A program made the position numbers and the translations under genes. Below the pieces are notes generated by a model. It searched no databases. It saw only the letters and a list, made by a program, of their open reading frames with translations, and was not told the origin of the DNA. Positions 9,682-17,365 of a DNA stretch of 32,000 nt are shown one piece after another. Location: assembly GCF_000014265.1 (NCBI RefSeq), contig NC_008312.1, forward strand, positions 6,750,001 through 6,782,000. Reading direction: 5' to 3'. The DNA is from Trichodesmium erythraeum IMS101 (lineage in GTDB: Bacteria > Cyanobacteriota > Cyanobacteriia > Cyanobacteriales > Microcoleaceae). How positions within the stretch are numbered: the stretch's first letter is position 1; the number at the start of each line of letters is the position of its first letter.

Positions 9682-10485
9682 TTAACTCTTTTGACAAAGA
9701 TAAAACCACCATCCAATCTCCTCATTGTTGACAGCATCCCTAGTTTTTTCATAAGCAATACTTCGCTCTGGAAACTCCTTTTGAAATCGCTTTGCTTGAA
9801 TACCATAAAACTTTTTCATATGGGGGGATAAATCTAAAGAATCTAATATTGTAAAGCCTGCTTTTTCCAGATAATTTTTATAATCGTTAGGAGAAAATAA
9901 CTGACTGATTTGCATCCTCTCATAGACATATTTTAAAGTAGAATCAGTGACTTGGGAAACTAGGGTTACTAAGTCATCAAATATTAAAATTCCACTTTTA
10001 TTTAAAAGGCGATAAAATTCTCTTAAAGTGAGTTCTCGTTCGTGAATATGTAAAAGAGTTCCTTGACTCCAAACATGAGTAAAATAGCCATCTGAAAAAA
10101 CTAAATTTGTTGCTGATGCTTTCTTAAAAGAAAGGTTAAGATCGGGAAAGCCTGCCGCTTTCTTTTGAGCATTATTCACATGAGTTTGGCTAATATCTAT
10201 TCCTACAACTTCGCAGTTAGTTTCATTCCCTAAATAAATAGCCGTGTTACCATTTCCACAACCAACGTCAAGAACGCGAGATTTACAACATATTTTACTT
10301 TGATTTAACATATATTCGTTCCAGCGATCGCTAGCTTGAAATAATTCTTCTTCGTGATCGGGAGCGTCTAAATTATCAAAGTATCCCCAATGCTTACTAC
10401 CATCTGGGTTCCAAGGAACTTGGTATTTAATTTCTACTGTATTATAATAATTTTCTGTATCGGCATCCGTGAAATTTTTTTTCAC
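9682..10485 (-). CDS. class I SAM-dependent methyltransferase (Methyltransf_11-like, small-molecule type)
   Basis: 267-aa ORF with a GTG start at 10485, preceded by AAGGAGA with a 6-nt spacer. Motif I is RVLDVGCGNGNTAIYL, followed by VVGIDIS. The N-terminal YYN...W(G)YF segment is laid out like glycine/sarcosine-type and other small-molecule N/O-methyltransferases, a resemblance judged by eye only. Confidence 0.88.
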   Translation of the reverse strand: MKKNFTDADTENYYNTVEIKYQVPWNPDGSKHWGYFDNLDAPDHEEELFQASDRWNEYMLNQSKICCKSRVLDVGCGNGNTAIYLGNETNCEVVGIDISQTHVNNAQKKAAGFPDLNLSFKKASATNLVFSDGYFTHVWSQGTLLHIHERELTLREFYRLLNKSGILIFDDLVTLVSQVTDSTLKYVYERMQISQLFSPNDYKNYLEKAGFTILDSLDLSPHMKKFYGIQAKRFQKEFPERSIAYEKTRDAVNNEEIGWWFYLCQKS

Positions 10486-11181
10486 CTTTGATCTCCTTTG
10501 ATTTCTTAAAATTTTGTAACTACTAGAACTTTGGATATTAGAGCAGTTTTAGAGGGGTTAGTTATTTGAAAATTCTCAAGTTTTAGGAAGTTTTGACATT
10601 TTTTAATCTTACTATTAGGTTAACAGAATTAGAGTTTAATATAGTTAGGTGATTTCTATGTATACTTAGTTTTAGGAATAAAAAAATTATTAGATCATTA
10701 AAGCAATTTAATTGTATTCATTTCAAAAATTTAGTCACTTTTTGAGAATATATTTGAAGGGAATGATTAATGGGTAATATTAACTACCATCAACTTTATT
10801 ATGCCTTAGTCTTTCTTTTTTTTCAATACTTTTATTCCTTATTTTTTTTATGTCTCAATAGTTATACTTTTTTTTATAACAAACCAGTTAACATAATGTT
10901 AAGTTTTGTTATAAAGAACATTTATTTTGCAACCTTATAAATATAGCATGAACCTTGAAAATTTGTATAAAACTTTCAGAGCTTATATCTGGTTTTTGAA
11001 TTGTTACATTTTATTAATTATTATTCAAATGACCTAAACTCTATATCCTCTAAGTTCTTTCACAAAAATTATAGACTTTACTTAATTTTTATTCCTTTTT
11101 TTTGTCAACTTAACTTGCTTTATATACTTAGAATATATAAACTATAAACATCAAAAAAAAATAACCAGGGAAAAAAAGGTA

Positions 11182-12732
11182 ATGACAATTGATACAAAGA
11201 ATCAAACTATTGGTTTGGTTGAATTACCTCAGTTGAAGCTGTCTGATCCAGAGGGTAACGATTTTTATTCCTTACGGAAGTTTGAACCAATTATTAGTAA
11301 GCAAATTTTAATATCAAATCTCCAAGCAGGAGGATTTAAAACTAAATTTATAAACCTTCGAGATGGAGATTATGTAGAAAATTATGGACACATAACTTGG
11401 AGAGGAATTGAGCTCAGTAAAAATTACTGTGGTGTTGATATCAAGAGCATAGACCCAGAAAGTTGTGAAATCTGGTGTATAACAGTTAATTTTACATTAT
11501 ATCGTGAAATAGCAATGATGCTCTTAAAGCACCTAGCAAGCAAAGGTAAAGCAGTAGTTGTAGGTGGTTCCGATCCTTTTGCTGCTCCTGAAGTTTATCT
11601 TCAAAACGGTGCAGCAGTAGTTGTTAAAGAAAAATCCGGTGCTGCAAATTGGCCGCTATTTAATTATCTCCTAGGAAAAGGTTCAAAAGAAGCACTGACT
11701 GGTGTAATTTTGGCTGATGGAACTGAGTATCGGAGACCAAGGGTTCCCCTACAACCAGAAGAGTGGCCTTTACCTTCTGTAGAAGTGGCAAGAGAATGTT
11801 TGGGAACCCAGTATTGGATGGACCCGTTTCCGGAAGAATTAAAGCCTATTGGCGCTATATTTCCTGATATGGGTTGCGATCGCCACTGTGATTTTTGTCA
11901 AACTCCCACTTACGGTACAGGATATCGCCGTATGACACCCAAAAGAGTAATGGAGTGGCTAGATGTACTCTGTGAAGCAGGAGCTAAATCAGTAGTTAGT
12001 CTCTCCGATCAATTCTTGGGGCGGACAATTTTCCCTGGTGGCCGAGAAGAAATTCTAGAAATTATGCAAGGAGTGCGAGATCGGAACTTAGCAGTTCTCT
12101 GGCCGAATGGTCTAGAACTGAGAAAAATGACCATGGGACGTGGGCATAGTGGTAAAAGAGAAGATTTAACCCCTGATGAAGAGGTTATCCAAGCAATTTA
12201 CAGTTGGGATGGGCGAAAAGGAACTCTTGCCGGTTATCTTCCTGCGGAACGACCTATTTTTGGACGGGAATCTTATGCTAAGTTAGTTCCCTGGCAGCAA
12301 CATAAACGAATTGTGCGGACTATTGTACAAACTGGGGTTCCTATGATTAGCTATGGGGTAATTATTGGCTTGCCGGATGATGATGAAGAGGCGTTGTTGA
12401 GACTCGAAGAGGCCTTATGGGAAGTATATCATGAAGTAAAGGCAATTAACCCATCAATCATATTTCAGGTCAGTCCCTTTGTTATTTCTCCAATATTGGG
12501 AACACCACAGGGGGAGACAATTCGTAAATCTGGTCTGCTGCGGTTTGAGGATCCAGCACTTTTTGCTGGATTCTGGACCGCAAGTGTTGATACGAAACAT
12601 TTGAGTTACGAGGAAGTATCTGATTGGCAGTTTCGTTTAGCCCGGGTTGGGGATTCAAAAAACCTGCAAATTCCTCAAAGATTTAGAACTTTGTCTACAG
12701 GGGGAAAGGATAAAGTAGCAGTACCGGTATAG
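11182..12732 (+). CDS. radical SAM protein with N-terminal B12-binding-like (Rossmann) domain
   Basis: 516-aa ORF. The radical SAM cluster motif is CDRHCDFC (CxxxCxxC) within FPDMGCDRHCDFCQTPTYG. The preceding domain, with KGKAVVVGGSDPFAAPEVYL, resembles the B12-binding domain of class B radical SAM enzymes. There is no Cys-rich SPASM/twitch region downstream. Confidence 0.9.
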   Translation: MTIDTKNQTIGLVELPQLKLSDPEGNDFYSLRKFEPIISKQILISNLQAGGFKTKFINLRDGDYVENYGHITWRGIELSKNYCGVDIKSIDPESCEIWCITVNFTLYREIAMMLLKHLASKGKAVVVGGSDPFAAPEVYLQNGAAVVVKEKSGAANWPLFNYLLGKGSKEALTGVILADGTEYRRPRVPLQPEEWPLPSVEVARECLGTQYWMDPFPEELKPIGAIFPDMGCDRHCDFCQTPTYGTGYRRMTPKRVMEWLDVLCEAGAKSVVSLSDQFLGRTIFPGGREEILEIMQGVRDRNLAVLWPNGLELRKMTMGRGHSGKREDLTPDEEVIQAIYSWDGRKGTLAGYLPAERPIFGRESYAKLVPWQQHKRIVRTIVQTGVPMISYGVIIGLPDDDEEALLRLEEALWEVYHEVKAINPSIIFQVSPFVISPILGTPQGETIRKSGLLRFEDPALFAGFWTASVDTKHLSYEEVSDWQFRLARVGDSKNLQIPQRFRTLSTGGKDKVAVPV

Positions 12733-12814
12733 CAATAAGTTGTAGAGGTCTAGATTGTATTTTGCTCTCAAGAGTTGATTTATTACTCTTTTACTATTAG
12801 ACCTCTCCAAAAAT

Positions 12815-13252
12815 GCCAATTTGGCAAGAGCGGGGTAAGGGTTTGAGAGCCTTTTCTGGATATATATAGAGTTGTCGGCTTTGGTGAAAGAACGGAAACA
12901 AGGTGCAAACATCGGTAAAAAAAACTATCAAAACTTTACCCCAATACCTCCCTATAAGCTAATTCAACAGATAACTTATAAATGTCAACTAGCTGGGCTC
13001 AAAGTCATTGAAACGGATATTGTTACACCAGTAAAACTTCTGCAATTGATCTTGAGCTACTAGTTAAACATAAAATTTCTGGGGGTAAACGAGTCAAACG
13101 TGGTTTATTCAGAAGTGCAACTGGTATAGTCATTAATGACGATATCAATTGCAGTCTTCAAATTTAAGACAAGAAATTCCTAGAGGTATTTACTGCCGAG
13201 GGAATAGTGAGCTGTGCCGCACAGCCTGTATTGGTTAATCCAATATCAAGAT
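12815..13252 (+). pseudogene. tnpB: 3' fragment of an IS200/IS605-family tnpB (RNA-guided nuclease) gene
   Basis: Frame 1 reads LVKERKQGANIGKKNYQNFTPIPPYKLIQQITYKCQLAGLKVIETD. After a frameshift the sequence reads KTSAIDLELLVKHKISGGKRVKRGLFRSATGIVINDDINCSLQI*DKKFLEVFTAEGIVSCAAQPVLVNP. This matches the conserved C-terminal RuvC region of TnpB (GK..NQNF..IP; GKRVKRGLFRS; INADINGS). The N-terminal two thirds are absent, and one frameshift and one in-frame stop are present. Confidence 0.6.
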
Positions 13253-13432
13253 AAAAGCTGTTAGGATTTTCTACAGTTTTTTTCGTACGGTAGATTTTAT
13301 TTAACCCATAAGTAACCTGGGAGAAGCAATACATATTTCCTCACTATACTATCTGCCACAGAAATTTAAAAATCTCTGTATTGTTTTCTCTTACTACCTA
13401 ACCTTAAGATCCGTTTTTGGAATTTAAGCTTT

Positions 13433-13469
13433 ATCAAAAAGTCAATGAATCCTGAATAGACTTTTTGAT
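13433..13469. terminator. perfect 11-bp hairpin downstream of the KamA-family gene (possible bidirectional terminator)
   Basis: ATCAAAAAGTC (13433-13443) pairs with GACTTTTTGAT (13459-13469) around a 15-nt loop. It lies 81-117 nt beyond the minus-strand stop at 13550. There is no clean U-tract after the stem, so the call is tentative. Confidence 0.35.
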
Positions 13470-13549
13470 CAGCTCAGTTCCTGTATTTTTGAGGAAAAAT
13501 AATAAATTGACATAAATAACCGTAGATTTATCAAAACGGTCATAAACCA

Positions 13550-14887
13550 TTAGAATAACTTTTGTCGGGTCAAAATCTCCTCAAGCTGGTTTTCATAGAA
13601 AAATTTATCTTCCCCAAAAGCAGGTTTGAGATTGTTCAACCAAGTAGCATCTGGATTAAAACTAGCAAAAAACGGTCGCTTACACCAGTCAGGGTCGCGA
13701 CCTTGCAAAAACGACAATACAAAAACCTTTTCCCCAGCAATTTCAGCAACACCATCAATAGCTACTTTTCCGGGCAAAGCTGACATTAATGGACCTCTTA
13801 TAGTTCTTGCTAAACCAGACACTTGTTTTACAGCCTCTCGGTAAATTTCCAAAACCCGCACCAAAGGAATTTCAAAATATTTCTTTGCACCTGTTTGTCG
13901 CTCCACAAACATATAATAAGGAATACAGCCTAAACTCACCTGCATTTGCAACATTTTTGCCCAAGTCTCAGCAGAATCATTGATATGGCGTACCACGGGC
14001 GCTTGAGTCCTAATCTGGGCCCCTGTAGAGCGAATCCGTCGAATTGCTTCAGTTGCAACTGGAGTATCCAGTTCCTGCCAATGTTCATAGTGAGCCATTA
14101 TTGCTAAATGTTTCCCCCGTTTGACTATTTTTTCAAATAAGCGCAAGGTATTATCAGCATCTTCATCGGTGACATAACGATAAGGCCAGAAAGAAATTGA
14201 TTTTGTCCCTATCCGAATTGTTTGGATGTGATCGAATTTAGCTTCCAGTAAAGGATCGATGTAAAGACTCAGTTGCCTTGCTTTCATAGTCATTGGATCC
14301 CCACCTGTAAATAAGACATCCCTGACTTCCTGATGTTGCTGTAAATATTGTTGAAACATTCCTGATTCACGGGTGGCAAATTTTAAACCTTCAAGCCCCA
14401 CAAATTGTGGCCAGCGAAAACAGAAAGTACAATAAGCATGGCAAGTTTGCCCCGCAGTCGGAAAAACTAAAACTGTTTCGCGATACTTGTGCTGAATTCC
14501 AGGAACAGGTTCGCTATTAAAGGTAGGAACGTTGTGCTGTTTTTGTCCTGACGGATGAGGGTTTAGTTGCTGACGAATCTTGTTAGCTGCCTGTTTTAAA
14601 ACAGTTTTAGGAGCATTTTCTGTTAAAAGCTGAATAATATGGTTATAGTCTTTTGACTCTAACATTTCTGGATGAGGGAAGGTCAACCGAAACATTGGAT
14701 CGTTAGGAACATTATTCCAATCAATTAATTGTTCTAATATATAATTATTAGTTAGGAAGGGTAAAACCTGAGCAACAGCTTTAATACCTAGGCGATCTTG
14801 CTCGGAGAAATTACTTAATTGGGGTATAGAATCTAGATTTTTAGCCCCATAAAAACGTATTTTTAAGGATTCAATTTTGCTACTCAT
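13550..14887 (-). CDS. KamA-family radical SAM protein (lysine 2,3-aminomutase-like)
   Basis: 445-aa ORF with an ATG start. The diagnostic KamA block is HKYRETVLVFPTAGQTCHAYCTFCFRWPQF (CxxxCxxC), followed by DVLFTGGDPM and the IPYYMF block. Confidence 0.92.
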   Translation of the reverse strand: MSSKIESLKIRFYGAKNLDSIPQLSNFSEQDRLGIKAVAQVLPFLTNNYILEQLIDWNNVPNDPMFRLTFPHPEMLESKDYNHIIQLLTENAPKTVLKQAANKIRQQLNPHPSGQKQHNVPTFNSEPVPGIQHKYRETVLVFPTAGQTCHAYCTFCFRWPQFVGLEGLKFATRESGMFQQYLQQHQEVRDVLFTGGDPMTMKARQLSLYIDPLLEAKFDHIQTIRIGTKSISFWPYRYVTDEDADNTLRLFEKIVKRGKHLAIMAHYEHWQELDTPVATEAIRRIRSTGAQIRTQAPVVRHINDSAETWAKMLQMQVSLGCIPYYMFVERQTGAKKYFEIPLVRVLEIYREAVKQVSGLARTIRGPLMSALPGKVAIDGVAEIAGEKVFVLSFLQGRDPDWCKRPFFASFNPDATWLNNLKPAFGEDKFFYENQLEEILTRQKLF

Positions 14888-15303
14888 AAGTTTTACAGCA
14901 CTTTCCTAGTTTATTAGTTATTACCATTATAACTTTTTAGCAGTTTTTAAGATAACACCATAATAAGCAAAAATGATTTATTTGAGGTTAATGCACAGGA
15001 ATTTTTTAACACAATTGATGTTATAAAATGTAAGTTCTCTCAACTTATACCCAACCCATTTCTGTATCCATCGCCTTTTTGAAATTTCCCTCTAATCTTT
15101 CTAGCTTCTGAACTTATTTTGACCTTACCTCCATAATAATAGCTCTGTTTAAACCCGATGAACATATCAAATATTTAGATGATTTTAATAGCTACTCAAT
15201 AAATATTACATATTATTTTTATTATAGGTGCAAAGAGATAAAATCTTAATCCCCAGTTTCTATTGTTCATCTCCATATACTATTTTCCCAAGTATAACAC
15301 CAA

Positions 15304-16785
15304 TTAATCTTTAACCAAAATACAACCTTTTCTTCCTGGCAAATATAACTCTAATTTACTAGCTTCATCTCCTCCTTGCCAGGAAATTTTACAACTACCA
15401 TAAACAACTTTATTAGGTTGAGATTTAAGCTTATTAAAAATAACATTTACTTTTGCTGCTTCTATACCAATGTTAACAGCTACAATAATTTCTTCCTCTT
15501 CTAAAATACGAGCAAAAATATAAACATTTCCCTCGGCAAACAACACTTCGTAATTACCAGTGCGCAAAGCTGAATATTCTTTTCTAATAGCAATTAACTG
15601 TTTATGATATTCCAGAACTTCACGATCCCATTTTTCAGTAGTAGGAAAACTACGACGACAGTCAGGGTCAAACTTACCCGGTAAACCTACCTCATCACCA
15701 TAATAAATACTTGGTGCTCCGGGAAAAGTCATTAACAACAGAGTCGCTAATTCAACACTTGCTTTATCCCCTTTAGCAATACTCAAAACTCTAGCTGTAT
15801 CATGACTATCTAATAAATTGAGTTGAGTTAATTGAATTTCCCAAGGGTAAAGTTGCAGTAACTCCTGCATTTTTTGACCGTATTCAACAGCAGATATAGC
15901 CGGATAAGCTACATAGTCACGGCCTTCAATTTGCTCAAGATCCACACGATCGCCTACAGTAAAAGCAATAGTTGGACCAGTAAATAAGTAATTCATCACT
16001 CCATCAAACTGAGTACCATCCAACCATTGTGCGCAGTTACTCCAGACTTCACCCACAATATATGCTTCTGGGTTAATAGCCTTAACGCGATCGCGAAATT
16101 CTTGCCAAAACCCGGGAGTCTTCACTTCAAAAGGTACATCCAACCGCCAACCATCAATACCAAATTTTAACCAATATTCTCCAATTTCCATAATGTATTC
16201 TTTGACCTCTGGGTTGTCATGATTAAAAACAGGTAAAGCACGGTTATCTAACCAACCCACATAATTAGCAGGTAAACTACCATCGTAAGCAGACAGAGGC
16301 CAATTTTCTATTTTGAACCAATGCAACCAGGGAGAATAAGGACCGTTTTCCAGGATATCGTTAAAGAAATAAAAACCCCGGCTAGCGTGGTTGAAAACTC
16401 CATCAAGAACCACTTTAATATTGCGATCGTGAGCAGTATCTATTAATACCCTTAAAGCCTCATTACCTCCTAAAATTGGATCGACTCGATAATAGTCATG
16501 AGTATGATAGCGGTGGTTACAGGTTGACTGAAAAATTGGTGTAAAGTAAATAGCTGTGATACCAAGTTCCTGAAGATAGTCAAGTTTTTTAATGACACCC
16601 CAGAGGTTCCCTCCTTTATAACCTTGAGGAGTAGGATATTCATCCCAAGGTTCTAGACTGCTGGGATACCAACCTTTGTCTATTCCTTTTCCAGTTTCAG
16701 TCGTTGGTTGAGCTTTAGCAAAACGATCTGGAAAAATTTGGTAAAATACAGCCTGTTTAACCCATTCTGGTGTTTGAATTTGCAT
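15304..16785 (-). CDS. glycoside hydrolase family 13 protein (alpha-amylase / neopullulanase-like)
   Basis: GH13 conserved regions are present: DGVFNHAS, GIDGWRLDVP, IVGEVW and LLDSHDTAR, plus an N-terminal FYQIFPDRF. The track ORF begins at TTG 16854. The first ATG (16785) gives MQIQTPEWVKQAVFYQIFPDRF and is preferred. Confidence 0.92.
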   Translation of the reverse strand: MQIQTPEWVKQAVFYQIFPDRFAKAQPTTETGKGIDKGWYPSSLEPWDEYPTPQGYKGGNLWGVIKKLDYLQELGITAIYFTPIFQSTCNHRYHTHDYYRVDPILGGNEALRVLIDTAHDRNIKVVLDGVFNHASRGFYFFNDILENGPYSPWLHWFKIENWPLSAYDGSLPANYVGWLDNRALPVFNHDNPEVKEYIMEIGEYWLKFGIDGWRLDVPFEVKTPGFWQEFRDRVKAINPEAYIVGEVWSNCAQWLDGTQFDGVMNYLFTGPTIAFTVGDRVDLEQIEGRDYVAYPAISAVEYGQKMQELLQLYPWEIQLTQLNLLDSHDTARVLSIAKGDKASVELATLLLMTFPGAPSIYYGDEVGLPGKFDPDCRRSFPTTEKWDREVLEYHKQLIAIRKEYSALRTGNYEVLFAEGNVYIFARILEEEEIIVAVNIGIEAAKVNVIFNKLKSQPNKVVYGSCKISWQGGDEASKLELYLPGRKGCILVKD

Positions 16786-16889
16786 AAATAATTTTCTCTT
16801 TGAACAAAAACCACTACTATTTTGACAGTCAATTAATCTTATAATATTATACAATTAAAGAGAAGTCAAAAGTTAAAAGTTAGACTTGA

Positions 16890-16912
16890 TCAGTAATTTC
16901 AGGAAATTATTT
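16890..16912 (+). repeat. direct repeat copy 1 (23/23 nt identical to 17263-17285)
   Basis: TCAGTAATTTCAGGAAATTATTT was read directly from the sequence. It is followed within 10 nt by a shared AGATAAGA block. Confidence 0.85.
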
Positions 16913-17262
16913 CACAGATAAGATGACTATTGTAGCCTAAGTTCATGAAATTTTATGGGAGAAATTAATATAACATTAAAATTTATGACAATTACTAGAC
17001 AATCAATTTATACTTTTCCTAAAATGAAACTCATATCCTTGAAATACTTGAATAAAAACTAAGTCCCCGGAGATATATTTTATAGATAAAAGTGATAGAT
17101 AAAAGTTAAAATATATGGGTTCTAAAATTGGTAAAGGAAACTGACGAAATCAATTCATAATTTATGATTACCAAACAATTGGGTCTCTATTGCCTTGCAG
17201 TCAGAAAAGTAAACTTTTCCCTTTATCCCTGCCCATCGAGGGAGTTCAACGCTTTAGCGCCC

Positions 17263-17285
17263 TCAGTAATTTCAGGAAATTATTT
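17263..17285 (+). repeat. direct repeat copy 2 (23/23 nt identical to 16890-16912)
   Basis: TCAGTAATTTCAGGAAATTATTT is followed about 20 nt later by AGATAAGA. It lies 81 nt upstream of the S8 peptidase start. Confidence 0.85.
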
Positions 17286-17365
17286 GATATCTGGATAATT
17301 AAGATAAGAGGATGTCAAATAAGTTTCACTATAGTTAATCTTTACAGAAAAATGAAAAACTAAAA

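Noticed and set aside
12655-12912. Track ORF of 85 aa on the - strand
   Set aside because: It overlaps the 3' end of the radical SAM gene and the TnpB relic, and has no motif support.
12872-13063. Track ORF of 63 aa on the + strand as an intact gene
   Set aside because: It is a fragment of the TnpB reading frame. The rest continues after a frameshift, so I report it as a pseudogene instead.
11182-14887. Higher G+C of the radical SAM and KamA genes as evidence of horizontal transfer
   Set aside because: Other conserved enzyme genes in the window (glgC, GH13, S8 core) also look more G+C-rich than hypothetical genes and spacers. The contrast is explained by coding constraint and cannot be used alone.
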